Below are positions 1 through 10,328 of a DNA stretch of 64,000 nucleotides, piece after piece. The DNA comes from Planctomycetota bacterium. Lineage in GTDB: Bacteria; Planctomycetota; UBA8108; UBA1146. The notes beneath the pieces are model-generated. The model was not told where the DNA came from, made no database searches, and was given only the letters and a program-made list of their open reading frames with translations. Numbering within the stretch: position 1 is the stretch's first letter; each line of letters starts with the position of its first letter. Made by a program: the position numbers and the translations under genes. The stretch spans positions 981 through 64,980 of the forward strand of contig JAYZBV010000109.1 of NCBI GenBank assembly GCA_036338595.1, written 5' to 3'.

Positions 1-102
1 CGGTCGTGATTTCTTGTAATAATTCCAGTTGTGGAGTTCTCTTCGACTCCGGTGTGACGCTGCGGGACCCGGTCTTGCATCTGCCGACATGGTATCCAGC
101 CG

Positions 103-1251
103 TCAATCGATGACATTGCCCAGCATCGCAGGCAGTGCCGATGAGTTGGCGTGGCGCAGGGCGACTTCTCTTTCGATCTGGCCATCTTCGACCAGTTGCT
201 TGAGGTGCTGGTCGAGGGTGATGCAGCCATCTCTTCGATGGGTCTCGAGCATGCCAGGGATCTGCGCCCACTTGCCGCTTCTGATCAGGTGGGAGATGGA
301 ACCGTGGCTTCGCATCACCTCCATCACCGCTCTTCTGCCTTGCCCGTCCGCTCTCGCCACCAGTTTCTGGGCGATCACCGAGTGAAGTGAGAAGGACAGT
401 TGCGAACAGATCTCCTGGGAGCGATCGCTCGGGAAGATGTCGACCAGACGGGTGATGGCACCGCGTGTATCCCGGGTGTGCATGGTGGTGATGACCAGGT
501 GGCCCGTCTCTGCTGCGGTCAATGCCAGTGCGGCGGTTTCTGCATCACGCACTTCACCGACGAAGATGACATCGGGGTCCTCGCGCAGGGCACTGCGCAG
601 TCCTCCGGAGAAGGACTCCAGGTGGTTGCCCAGTTCACGCTGGGAGATGAGAGCGCGATCTCCCTCGAGGATGTATTCGATCGGATCTTCCAGGGTGATG
701 ATGCGCTCGCCTCGATCCCGCGCACGACGTCCCAGCAGACTGGCCACGGTGGTGGACTTTCCGCTGCCGGTGACTCCGGTGATGATGACAAGACCCTGCT
801 CCATGCCGACGATGTCCTGCCAGGATCGTTCCATCGGGAAGCCGATCTCTTCCGGTGGCGGGACACTGCGCGCCAGCACCCGGATCGCCGCACAGGTACC
901 CTCGCGCGAACGAAAGGCATTGATCCGAAAGGACAGATCGCGACCGGGCCACTCCCATGACGCATCCAGATCCTCTCCGGCGCTCAGTAGTGCTCGGGAG
1001 CGTTCATTGAGGATCGGTTGAAGCAGTGCGATCACGGTTTCATCATCGAGATCGGAAGCCTGAGGCAGCGGCACCAGTTCGCCGTCGAAGCGGTAGTGGG
1101 CGACCCGTCCTGGTTGCAGGTGAAGGTCGCTGATGCGGTGAACGCCATCGGAGAGGAAGGCGGGCTCCTCGAATCGGCCGAGCAGGTCCTCAAGGCTCCA
1201 GAGGGTCTCAGCGACCGAATAGACCGGGGTAAAGGGAATGGGTGCGGTCAT
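103..1251 (-). CDS. pilT: Type IV pilus retraction ATPase, PilT/PilU family
   Basis: 382-aa ORF with Walker A GVTGSGKST, Asp box DPDVIFVGEVRD and His box TGHLVITTMHT. PilT versus PilU cannot be separated by eye. Confidence 0.85.
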   Translation of the reverse strand: MTAPIPFTPVYSVAETLWSLEDLLGRFEEPAFLSDGVHRISDLHLQPGRVAHYRFDGELVPLPQASDLDDETVIALLQPILNERSRALLSAGEDLDASWEWPGRDLSFRINAFRSREGTCAAIRVLARSVPPPEEIGFPMERSWQDIVGMEQGLVIITGVTGSGKSTTVASLLGRRARDRGERIITLEDPIEYILEGDRALISQRELGNHLESFSGGLRSALREDPDVIFVGEVRDAETAALALTAAETGHLVITTMHTRDTRGAITRLVDIFPSDRSQEICSQLSFSLHSVIAQKLVARADGQGRRAVMEVMRSHGSISHLIRSGKWAQIPGMLETHRRDGCITLDQHLKQLVEDGQIEREVALRHANSSALPAMLGNVID

Positions 1252-1533
1252 CGCAGGTGGCTCCTCTCGCCGACTGGAGGATGCTACCCGAGGGAGACGG
1301 CTCGGGCACGGTTGCGGGTTCCTGACACTGGCCTTATCCTTGGCGAGTGGCGTGAAATGCCTTCATTATCGGGTTTCACGGCCAATTCCGCCGACCAGGG
1401 CGCTTTTTCGTGAAGGAATTGCGTTCGATGGTCGAAATACGGAGTGTCGGACGGCTACCGACCTTCGTGCGGAGCTCCGGGAAGTACGCCCCCCGGGGAC
1501 CGCACGGATGTCCGCAGCTGCCGCAGGAGAAAC

Positions 1534-2268
1534 ATGGTCGGTCCACGCGGATTTGAACACGAAAACATCCTCCCATCCGATCTCAAGCGCCTCGAAGCGT
1601 GCGAGAAGCGGATCGGATATCGCTTTCAGGACCCGAATCATCTGGTCCAGGCATTGACCCACTCATCTCTCAAGACCATCGATAATCCCTGCAACGAGCG
1701 GATGGAGTTCCTCGGCGACTCCGTACTTGGCATGGTGATGACGGAGTTCCTCTTCAACTTCTTTCCCGAACGTCCCGAGGGAGAACTGACTCAGATCAAA
1801 TCAGCGGTGGTCTCGACCACCACACTCGCCGAAGAGAGTCAGCGGCTCGGTCTCGATGAGGTCTATGCCGTCGGTAAGGGAGTGACCAGTCGTCGCAAAC
1901 TTCCCAACAGTCTGATGGCCAATGTCTTCGAGGCGGTGATTGCAGCGATCTACCTCGATGGAGGGATCGTCGAGGCCAAGGAGTTCATCGTCAGAAATCT
2001 GTATCACCAGGTTCTGGCAGTGAACCAGAAGGAACATTCGGTCAACTACAAGTCGATCCTGCAGCAGCATCTTCAGAGAGAAGATGGCTCGACTCCCAAT
2101 TATCGGGTGCTGAGCGAGAGTGGACCCGACCACGCCAAGGAGTTCGTGGTGCAGGCGATGCTCAAACGAAAACCGCTGGGAACCGGCGAGGGAACGACCA
2201 AGAAGGAAGCGGAACAGGCGGCCGCAATGGCAGCGCTGGAGCAACTGGGTATCGACCCTTCCGCCTGA
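1534..2268 (+). CDS. rnc: Ribonuclease III
   Basis: Track ORF 1444-2268 trimmed to ATG 1534 (AGGAGA upstream). RNase III signature ERMEFLGDSVLG, then FEAVIAAIYLDGG, and a C-terminal dsRBD (GPDHAKEF...GEGTTKKEAEQAAA). Confidence 0.9.
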   Translation: MVGPRGFEHENILPSDLKRLEACEKRIGYRFQDPNHLVQALTHSSLKTIDNPCNERMEFLGDSVLGMVMTEFLFNFFPERPEGELTQIKSAVVSTTTLAEESQRLGLDEVYAVGKGVTSRRKLPNSLMANVFEAVIAAIYLDGGIVEAKEFIVRNLYHQVLAVNQKEHSVNYKSILQQHLQREDGSTPNYRVLSESGPDHAKEFVVQAMLKRKPLGTGEGTTKKEAEQAAAMAALEQLGIDPSA

Positions 2269-2408
2269 GGTTCACGCCCGATCGACCAACGAACCCCCCA
2301 TCAAAAAATCGGATCGGGAGAGAACCCGGATGCCACCACTCTCGCAGCGGTGGAACCAGTTCCCTCCGTCACCGACATCACAGCGGACCCATGTGGGACA
2401 GGGGTTTC

Positions 2409-3197
2409 TTACTTGCGTCGCAGCTGCTCCTTTCGAGCCTGGCGTGGTTTCTTCGGCGGTTGTTTTGCCTGCTGGCTGCTGGCGACCTGTTCCATCTGAT
2501 CGACCAGGATCTTGCAGCGCTCCAACAGCACCGGATCGGATGCGAAGAGAACGATGGAGTTGGTCGAGGGAGTCGCCACGACATCGAATCGTTCGTCGGT
2601 CCACCAGGAACGCATCTCGCGCAGTGCCTTGAATGTGTCATCCAGCGAAGCGTTCTTCAGCTCGATCACAATGCTCTGGAAAGGATCCTCCGCAATCGAG
2701 ATCGGTGGGTAGGCAAACACGATTTTGATCTCGTTCGGAATATTGACACGGGAAGAAAATCTTCTTGTGTCTCTTTTGGGTGTACTCGGGATTGCATCTC
2801 GAACGCCGGGTGCCTTGACCACATCGAGTCTCCAGCCGAGCGCCTGGAGCATCTTCATCGCCATGAAGGAAGACTGCCAGTTGTCTTGATCAAAGATGTG
2901 CAGCAACTTCACATTCTGTGCCTCCAGTTGATGATCGTCGATGCTCTTTCCCGAGGGGAGGATCACCATGTACTGGGGATGGGTATCGATCACCTGAAGT
3001 AACTGCAGGGGCGTGATCGGATGCGGATCTCCGTACGAGACATCGGTCGAGGTGTCATCGACGGCCTGCACCACGACAGTGGAATCGACGACCGGGTCGC
3101 AAGCATCGAGACGACTCCCCAATCCTCTGGGGGCGATCAACACGAAGGTGAGAAGCAGCACCATCGAAGTGGTGCCAGAAATGATGTGGGAGGCCAT
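2409..3197 (-). CDS. Secreted/anchored hypothetical protein with secretin-N (NolW-like) type modules and a basic tail
   Basis: 262 aa, with AAGGAGG 6 nt upstream of ATG 3197 and an N-terminal hydrophobic segment. The block ERFDVVATPSTNSIVLFASDPVLLERCKILVDQME resembles a secretin N-domain. The tail is Lys/Arg/Gln-rich. There is no secretin beta-barrel. Confidence 0.6.
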   Translation of the reverse strand: MASHIISGTTSMVLLLTFVLIAPRGLGSRLDACDPVVDSTVVVQAVDDTSTDVSYGDPHPITPLQLLQVIDTHPQYMVILPSGKSIDDHQLEAQNVKLLHIFDQDNWQSSFMAMKMLQALGWRLDVVKAPGVRDAIPSTPKRDTRRFSSRVNIPNEIKIVFAYPPISIAEDPFQSIVIELKNASLDDTFKALREMRSWWTDERFDVVATPSTNSIVLFASDPVLLERCKILVDQMEQVASSQQAKQPPKKPRQARKEQLRRK

Positions 3198-3465
3198 GAC
3201 GGCCCTCCTTTCGTTGACGAACCGGCGGGACTACCGGGCGGGCATCGGGTAGATTGCATCCGGTGTGCCCAAACGAGATGGCCTTGAATCGGTCGATTCA
3301 GGGCGATGACGACGATTTTCGGTCGGGGGCTGCCCGGCCCGAGGCATCCATGTGTATGAAATTCCAACACTTTTGCGAGAGCAGGGGAGTCGTCGTCGGC
3401 GTGCGGCTATCCTGCGTCCTTGCTCGGACGGCAGGTGAGCGGCGCGTGAAGGGGAAGTGTTACCG

Positions 3466-6400
3466 ATGAAGAAGGGCGCCGAGGAGGTCGTTGACGATCG
3501 CGATCCCCTGGTCGAGAGAATCGTCTCTTCATCGCCGGTACTCGATGAGGTGCTGCGCCGCCTGCTCGACGAGAAACTGCTTCATGTGGGTCGTTGTGGT
3601 GAGGGTGCCGCGGGATTGCTGGTGGCGCATCTCACCGAGCATCTCGACCGTCCGCTGGTGATCCTCTGTTCCAGCCCCGATGCGGCCGAGCGACTTCGCC
3701 GCGATGCTTCGACCTTCACCGCCGAGCCGATCGGTCACTTCGGGATGTGGGAGAGCATCTTCGAGGCGGACTCGCAGCCAGATCCAGAGACATTCAGGGA
3801 ACGACTGGAGGCGGTCGACGATCTGAACAAGGGATCGTTGCGGACCATCGTCGCGCCGGTTCAGGCGGTATTGCAGCCGCTCTCCACCGATACGGGTGAA
3901 GATCATCGTGTTGTCATGAGGTGTGGCGACAGGAAACAACCCGGTGATCTTGCCCGGTCGCTGGTGAAGGCGGGCTACCGTCGCTTCCCACAGGTGGCTC
4001 GCCCTGGAGATTTTGCCATCCGTGGTGGTTTGCTCGATGTCTGGCCGAGAGAGAGCAGCATTCCTTATCGCCTCGATTTCTTCGATGACGAACTGGAGAG
4101 CATCCGGTCGATCTCGCCACGCGATGGACGGGTAGGTTCCACGCTGGAAATGCTGGTGCTGACCCTGGCCCCCAAGGAAGCGTGGTTCATCCAGGGCTGG
4201 ACCGGCAAGGAAACGCTGCTCTTCGATGCGCTGCCAGAAGATTCGGTGGTGGCGGTGTGGGACCCACGAGATGTGGAAGAGAAGACGCACTTCCTGATCG
4301 GGCAGTGGGCGACAAGAAAGCGCCAGCAGCTGTGCGATTCCTTCTGGGCACGAGCCGGTAGATTTCTACGGCTACAGCTCGAACCCCTCGTCCCCGAACC
4401 GGGACGACGACCCGTCACCTTGCCGGTGATCTCTGCGGAGAAGTTTCAGGGATCCTTCGAGGCCACCATCGACGCACTCGCCGAGGAATCGCAACGAGGT
4501 TCAGATGTACTGGTATTTCTCCGGCAGGAAGCGGAAGCGGAGCGCTTCAAGGAAGTTCTCGGCGAGGCGAATGTGGGATCTTCCACGCGGGTGCGACTGG
4601 GGGATCTCTCGACCGGTTTTCGCTGGGAGGAGCCAGGCGGTGGCATCTTCGTCAGCGGCAATGCTGCCCTGGGAAGAAAGCGGAGCCTCGAACGGGTCCA
4701 GAAGAAGCGCCTCGAGGGTCGTGCCGTCGATCACTTCATCGAACTGGAAGAGGGACAGCTGGTCGTGCATGTCGGTCATGGCATCGCTCGTTACCAGGGC
4801 CTGCGCAATATCAGAGACGGTGCGCGCCAGGGAGACTTCCTGATCCTCGAGTTTGCAGAAGGTGTGACATTGATGGTGCCAGTCGACCGTATCGACCTGG
4901 TCCAGAAGTATGTCGGAGGTGGACGACAACCGGGACGACTCGATCGGATCGGAAGCGCGGCATGGTCAAGAAAGAAAACAAGAGCCGAGGAGGCCCTTCA
5001 TGACCTGGCATCGGAGTTACTGGAGGTCCAGGCTCTACGAGCGGAGCGTCCCGGATTTGCCTTTCCTGCGGATGATGCAGCACAGCTTGCCTTCGAGGAT
5101 TCCTTCCCCTTCGAGGAGACTGCAGATCAACTCGAGACGGTCGTGGCGATCAAGCAAGACATGGAGAAGCCAAAACCGATGGATCGCCTGGTGTGCGGAG
5201 ATGTGGGTTACGGCAAGACCGAACTCGCCATGCGAGCCGCCTTCAAGGCGATGCGCGCCGGGAAGCAGGTGGCATTGCTGGTGCCGACGACGGTCCTGGC
5301 CCAGCAGCATCTGGTCACCTTCCGGGAACGGATGGCGGAATGGCCGGTGCGTGTCGAGGCGATCAGTCGCTTGCTGTCACGCAAGCAACAGACAGATGTG
5401 CTGGAGCGATCGGCACTGGGTGAGGTCGATATACTGATCGGCACCCATCGACTGCTCTCCGGTGATGTGAATTTCAAGGACCTCGGACTGATCATCATCG
5501 ACGAGGAACAACGCTTCGGAGTGGCTCACAAGGAGAAGCTGAAACAACTGCGTCGCCTGGTCGACATCCTGACCCTCACCGCCACACCGATTCCCCGAAC
5601 GCTGCACATGTCGATGGTGGGGGTGAAGGACATCTCGAGCCTTCATGAGGCACCGGAGGGTCGTGCGCCGATCCAGACCGAGGTGTGTAGTTTCGATGAG
5701 TCAAGGTTTCGGCAGATCGTGCTTCGTGAACTCAATCGAGACGGCCAGGTTTTCTGGTTACACAACCGTGTTCAGAGCATCGATGAATGTCGGCAAAGGG
5801 TCGAGAAACTACTCCCGGAATCGATCGCTGTTGTCGCACACGGACAGATGAATGAGCACGAACTGGAAGACAGGATGCTGCAGTTCATCGACAAGGAAGC
5901 CAATATTCTCATCTCGACCACGATCATCGAGAGTGGCCTGGATATACCGAGTGCAAATACGCTCATCGTGGAGAGAGCCGATCGCTTCGGACTGTCGCAG
6001 CTGCATCAGTTGCGAGGTAGGGTGGGCCGCAGTCATCACAAGGCCTACTGCTATCTGCTGGTTCCCGAGGACCGACCCTTGAAAAATGACGCCAGGCAAC
6101 GGTTGCACGCCATCGAGGAGTATTCGCAGCTCGGAGCCGGATTTCAGATCGCGATGCGCGATCTGGAGATTCGCGGAGCGGGCAACATTCTGGGCAAGGA
6201 GCAGTCGGGCCACATCGGCACCATCGGTTACGACCTGTTCTGTCGACTGCTCGAGCGTGCCGTTGCCGACATGCGCGGGATACCGTGGCAGGAACCGCCA
6301 GAGGTGGAGATCGCACTCAAGGGTCTGTGTCGAATCCCCGAGGAGTACATCTCGGATACGCGCCAGCGGCTCAGAACCTATCGCGCCGTGGCCACGGCTC

Positions 6401-6726
6401 TGCGTCAGACCGAACTCGATCTGATCGTCGAGGAGTTACAGGACAAGTGCGGGCCATTGCCGCCGGAGACGGGCAGATTGATCGGGCAGCAGCGACTACG
6501 AATTCGACTCGGTACCTGGGGCGTCCAGAGGATCGCACCGGAAGAGGGATGGTTGGTGATGCGAGGCGACAGGGACGCCATCGAGCAGGGGATCCGCGGA
6601 ATCGGCTGGGAGTTGCGAGATCTTCCCGATGGAACCTACGCCGGACGGCCAAAGGGTGCCACCGCACCGACAGATCTCGACGGCACACTGGAGGCGCTGA
6701 GGATTGAAAATGCGAGCGGGGTATGA
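3466..6726 (+). CDS. mfd: Transcription-repair coupling factor
   Basis: About 1087 aa. CarD-like block [18 protein letters not shown], helicase motifs [17 protein letters not shown] and [12 protein letters not shown], plus a C-terminal TRCF region. ATG 3466 chosen; GTG 3457 is also possible. Confidence 0.95.
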   Translation: MKKGAEEVVDDRDPLVERIVSSSPVLDEVLRRLLDEKLLHVGRCGEGAAGLLVAHLTEHLDRPLVILCSSPDAAERLRRDASTFTAEPIGHFGMWESIFEADSQPDPETFRERLEAVDDLNKGSLRTIVAPVQAVLQPLSTDTGEDHRVVMRCGDRKQPGDLARSLVKAGYRRFPQVARPGDFAIRGGLLDVWPRESSIPYRLDFFDDELESIRSISPRDGRVGSTLEMLVLTLAPKEAWFIQGWTGKETLLFDALPEDSVVAVWDPRDVEEKTHFLIGQWATRKRQQLCDSFWARAGRFLRLQLEPLVPEPGRRPVTLPVISAEKFQGSFEATIDALAEESQRGSDVLVFLRQEAEAERFKEVLGEANVGSSTRVRLGDLSTGFRWEEPGGGIFVSGNAALGRKRSLERVQKKRLEGRAVDHFIELEEGQLVVHVGHGIARYQGLRNIRDGARQGDFLILEFAEGVTLMVPVDRIDLVQKYVGGGRQPGRLDRIGSAAWSRKKTRAEEALHDLASELLEVQALRAERPGFAFPADDAAQLAFEDSFPFEETADQLETVVAIKQDMEKPKPMDRLVCGDVGYGKTELAMRAAFKAMRAGKQVALLVPTTVLAQQHLVTFRERMAEWPVRVEAISRLLSRKQQTDVLERSALGEVDILIGTHRLLSGDVNFKDLGLIIIDEEQRFGVAHKEKLKQLRRLVDILTLTATPIPRTLHMSMVGVKDISSLHEAPEGRAPIQTEVCSFDESRFRQIVLRELNRDGQVFWLHNRVQSIDECRQRVEKLLPESIAVVAHGQMNEHELEDRMLQFIDKEANILISTTIIESGLDIPSANTLIVERADRFGLSQLHQLRGRVGRSHHKAYCYLLVPEDRPLKNDARQRLHAIEEYSQLGAGFQIAMRDLEIRGAGNILGKEQSGHIGTIGYDLFCRLLERAVADMRGIPWQEPPEVEIALKGLCRIPEEYISDTRQRLRTYRAVATALRQTELDLIVEELQDKCGPLPPETGRLIGQQRLRIRLGTWGVQRIAPEEGWLVMRGDRDAIEQGIRGIGWELRDLPDGTYAGRPKGATAPTDLDGTLEALRIENASGV

Positions 6727-6739
6727 CCCGACAGATGCC

Positions 6740-7750
6740 TCAGGGGCAGTTGTTGAGTTCGCAGTCTATGGTGTCGTCGGTGGGATCGGCTCCGCAGCTG
6801 CCGACAGGATCGGGCACCGATGGAGAACCGGGCACGAACAGGGCACTCAGCAGGTAGATGGCATCCGGCAGGTTGAAGCTTCCGTCATCGTTCATGTCTG
6901 CGGCATCGAGACAGGTCGCTGGCGAGGATCCTGGCACGAAGAGAGCGCTCAGCGAATAGATCGCATCGGGTAGATTCACCGACGTATCGTCGTTGATGTC
7001 TCCTCGTATGAACTGGGTGCCGCCATCTGTGAACATGAACCAGCTGAGGACATCGTTGACCTGGGTGAGTCCACCTGTGGAACCGATGAAGCCGACCCAG
7101 GCGGAATCGGAATCCAGATGCTCCAGAAGATCAATCTGGATCGACATCCTGGGTACCGATAGATCATCGAGGTATACCTCGAAGATATTGCCGGTATAGG
7201 TGACGCGCATCGTTCTGAGTCCGGTGACATTCGTTAGCGTGGTGTCGATCGCCAGGCCTGCGAACAGTTCGTCCGCAGAGTTGGGAGCAGTAGCACGCCC
7301 ATGAATCGACAGGTGTTGCACCGGGGGATCATTGAAATTGCCATTGACGTAGGTGTCGATCTCCACGACCAGACTGTTGAGCATGCCGTCGTATCCGAGT
7401 GGTCCACCATTGGAGTAGAGTGAGGTGGGAGATTCATTCTGCATGATGAAGACCATCCCATCCGCACCGCCGGTGATGGGAGTGACCTCGTAGGTGAAGG
7501 TCGTGTCGAAACCGCCGAGTAATGCAATCTGATCGGATGTGTAGACCGCTCCAACCTGGCCAGTCGTGGCCGGGGTCAGCCTCACCCGGTCTCCCGACTG
7601 AGCAGCGCTCCCTACCAGGGTGAGACCGGTCATGTCGAGAAAATCGGGGTAGTCGAGATCTGCGTGTACTGCCGGAGAGGTTGCCAGCAGCAGCAAGACA
7701 AGCAGATCAGTAGCCAGGATTCGCTGAAGCGAACCGGTGCAAGAAGACAT
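6740..7750 (-). CDS. Secreted lectin-like (jelly-roll) protein with C-terminal dockerin-like repeats
   Basis: 336 aa, GGAGGA 6 nt upstream, signal peptide. Lectin-like blocks GQVGAVYT and ADGMVFIMQNE. Two about 26-aa repeats (D.NDD.S.NLPDAIY.LSALFVPGS) and a Cys tail ending in CP. Confidence 0.8.
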   Translation of the reverse strand: MSSCTGSLQRILATDLLVLLLLATSPAVHADLDYPDFLDMTGLTLVGSAAQSGDRVRLTPATTGQVGAVYTSDQIALLGGFDTTFTYEVTPITGGADGMVFIMQNESPTSLYSNGGPLGYDGMLNSLVVEIDTYVNGNFNDPPVQHLSIHGRATAPNSADELFAGLAIDTTLTNVTGLRTMRVTYTGNIFEVYLDDLSVPRMSIQIDLLEHLDSDSAWVGFIGSTGGLTQVNDVLSWFMFTDGGTQFIRGDINDDTSVNLPDAIYSLSALFVPGSSPATCLDAADMNDDGSFNLPDAIYLLSALFVPGSPSVPDPVGSCGADPTDDTIDCELNNCP

Positions 7751-7842
7751 CGATATTCCTCCGAGCGGAGAGCCATTCCGCTGCCTCGATGATACCGCCC
7801 TGCATGTCGATGACGAAGGAGGTGGTTGGCACCGCGTTGAAA

Positions 7843-8811
7843 CTACTTCACGAGCGCCTTAGTGGCTGCATCGGCGTGATAGGGGATCATTTCGTCGTCG
7901 GAAAGCCCCAGTTTTTCAATGATGGCCAGAAGGTGATGATCGACACCGATTTCTGCACCGGGCCTGAATCCAGGCACCGTGATGACCTGGGCGAGAACTC
8001 CGCCGAGACCCCGATGAATCAATCCGCGCGGCAAGTAAACCAGATCCCCGACCGCAAGTTTGTCTTTTCGAAACAGATGAGAAGCGAGTTCGCGGTCGAC
8101 ATCGCGTGCTTCGAGGGCATCGACATGAGGACTGGTGAGTATCGCAGCTTCAGGCTGGACCATCTGCACCAGATAGAACTCATCGAATCCACCATCGACC
8201 GGATGGTAGTGGGTGAAGGAATCGGAGATGCGGACCCGGTGAGCGTTGAGACCATGCCAGATGTAGGGTCCGACCTCCGGCTTCCAGGTCAGTAGTATTC
8301 TTCTGTATGCGCCCTCTTCCTCGGCACAGCCACCGGGAGTGTCGGTGATGGTCGGATCCCAATCGGGTCGAATGAATCCCGGCACTCCGTCGGGAGGGGA
8401 AGCGGGAACCTCGAAGATCACGAACGAGAGGGGAGAGTCGGCGAGAAGCCCTTCACCTGGTCGAAGCACGACGATATCGCCGGCTGCGAGATTGCTGCTG
8501 CGGAAGGCAGCGCCGCCAGAGATTTCCGCTCGTGATTCTCCTTCCTGCACGAAGGCTGCACGGGTGCGGGAGTATGGCAGCAAGGTTCTCGAGTTACGCA
8601 GGACCGAAACATCGTGGCCTGGATTACGGATGCGGAATGCCGATCTGAGTGCTGCAAAGCCACCCGGATCTCCATCATCTTGCCCCAGATGCGCGATGGA
8701 AATTCTTGGAGTGCGATCCCCGCCGAACTGAGGCATTCCGGAACACCCGATCAAGAGGAGGGTCAGCAAGATGGACAGGGCCGGGATCATGAAGCGTGGT
8801 GTGGTATGCAT
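7843..8811 (-). CDS. Cupin-domain lipoprotein
   Basis: Track ORF trimmed to ATG 8811, giving the lipoprotein signal MHTTPRFMIPALSILLTLLLIGC. Cupin motifs THYHPVDGGFDEFY and GDLVYLPRGLIHRG. Confidence 0.7.
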   Translation of the reverse strand: MHTTPRFMIPALSILLTLLLIGCSGMPQFGGDRTPRISIAHLGQDDGDPGGFAALRSAFRIRNPGHDVSVLRNSRTLLPYSRTRAAFVQEGESRAEISGGAAFRSSNLAAGDIVVLRPGEGLLADSPLSFVIFEVPASPPDGVPGFIRPDWDPTITDTPGGCAEEEGAYRRILLTWKPEVGPYIWHGLNAHRVRISDSFTHYHPVDGGFDEFYLVQMVQPEAAILTSPHVDALEARDVDRELASHLFRKDKLAVGDLVYLPRGLIHRGLGGVLAQVITVPGFRPGAEIGVDHHLLAIIEKLGLSDDEMIPYHADAATKALVK

Positions 8812-8999
8812 CTCGAGAACTCCTCGGTTGTCTGGGCACTTGAAAGGATCGAAGCCAGGCCCGATCAGGATAACAGGGCGATGAGGCGAGGTCATGAACT
8901 GCAGATCCTGCCCGTGGGACTCTATCGATGTGCGGTGGGCTAGGATATCGTCTCCCGGTAGGTTCATTGAGAAAACCATGACAACCTGGAGGCTGTATA

Positions 9000-10328
9000 T
9001 TGTTCAGCAAATCAGACGTTTGGCGCCGTGGCCGAGCCATCACACAACTGTTGATCTTGTTCACTATCGGGACCACTTCTTCCCTTCTGGCAGATTCCAG
9101 GGCCTATATCGGGGCACGGGTGATGCCGGTCTCTGGGCCCGCCATCGAAGACGGTGTGCTGGTGGTTCGAGATGGAAAAATTGAATCCGTTGGTGCTCGA
9201 TCTGATGTGGTGATTCCGTCGGGAGCAACGCAGATAGATTGTTCAGGCAAGACGATCATTCCTGGTCTGATCTGCACTCATAGCCACATCGGCATGGGAG
9301 GTGGCGGCGATAGTTCGGATCCGATTCAGCCGGAGTGCTGGACGCTGGATTCGGTCAATGTCCGCGCTGCATCGTTTGAACGAGCTCGAGCCGGTGGATT
9401 GACCCTGGTCAATCAGATGCCGGGTTCAGGCCACCTGATCAGCGGACGAACCACGTATCTGAAACTCAGACGTGGCGGCAAGATCGACGACCTCCTCATC
9501 AAGGATGCCGATGGCTGGCCGATGGGCGGGCTGAAGATGGCCAATGGGACCAACTCTCAGCGCTCCGCACCGTTTCCTGGAACCAGGGCCAAGTCTGCCT
9601 CTCTCGTTCGCGAGGCCTACATCAAGGCACAGGAGTATCAAGCCAAGATCGAGAAGGCTGTCGATGATCCGGACAAGATGCCAGAGCGTGATCTTCGCCT
9701 CGAGGCTCTGGTCGAGGCGCTGGAAGGCAAGCGCATCGTCCATCACCACACCCATCGCCACGACGACATCCTCACTGTATTGAGATTGCGCGATGAGTTC
9801 GGCTTCCAGGTGGTCCTTCACCATGTCAGCGATGCCTGGAAGGTTGCCGAAGAGATTGCTGCTGCGGGTGCTCCCTGTTCCATCATCGTGATCGATTCAC
9901 CCGGTGGAAAACTGGAGGCCAGGGACATCCGTCTGGAGAACGGAGTGGTTCTGGAGAATGCTGGCGTCAACGTGAGCTTTCATACCGACGACTGGATCAC
10001 TGATAGTCGCCTGTTTCTACGTTCGGCTGCACTGGGAGTGAGAGCCGGGATGAGTCGAGCAGGAGCACTGAGAGCTCTGACCCTGTCGGGCGCAGAGATG
10101 CTCGGTCTCGATGAGAGGACAGGCTCTCTGGAACCAGGAAAAGACGCTGACTTTGCCATCCTCGATGGAGATCCGTTCAGCGTCTACACCCAGGTGCTGG
10201 AGACATGGGTCGAGGGCGTTCAGGTCTTTGACCGATCTAATCCTGAACACCTGTTGTTTGCCGTCGGCGGCCGAGGCGCAGGAGATGACCAGACATTTCA
10301 GTGCTGTGGCGAAAGAGGTGGGAAATGA
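9000..10328 (+). CDS. Secreted amidohydrolase-superfamily enzyme (COG1228-like)
   Basis: TTG 9000 with GGAGG 7 nt upstream, and a signal peptide. Motifs PGLICTHSHIG (HxH), SFHTDDW and GSLEPGKDADFAILDGDPF. Confidence 0.8.
   Translation: MFSKSDVWRRGRAITQLLILFTIGTTSSLLADSRAYIGARVMPVSGPAIEDGVLVVRDGKIESVGARSDVVIPSGATQIDCSGKTIIPGLICTHSHIGMGGGGDSSDPIQPECWTLDSVNVRAASFERARAGGLTLVNQMPGSGHLISGRTTYLKLRRGGKIDDLLIKDADGWPMGGLKMANGTNSQRSAPFPGTRAKSASLVREAYIKAQEYQAKIEKAVDDPDKMPERDLRLEALVEALEGKRIVHHHTHRHDDILTVLRLRDEFGFQVVLHHVSDAWKVAEEIAAAGAPCSIIVIDSPGGKLEARDIRLENGVVLENAGVNVSFHTDDWITDSRLFLRSAALGVRAGMSRAGALRALTLSGAEMLGLDERTGSLEPGKDADFAILDGDPFSVYTQVLETWVEGVQVFDRSNPEHLLFAVGGRGAGDDQTFQCCGERGGK

Noticed and set aside
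1-90. A possible minus-strand ORF starting at ATG 90 and running off the window start (MSADARPGPAASHRSRRELHNWNYYKKSRP...).
   Set aside because: Only 30 codons are visible and the sequence is basic and low-complexity. It cannot be supported without the sequence beyond the window.
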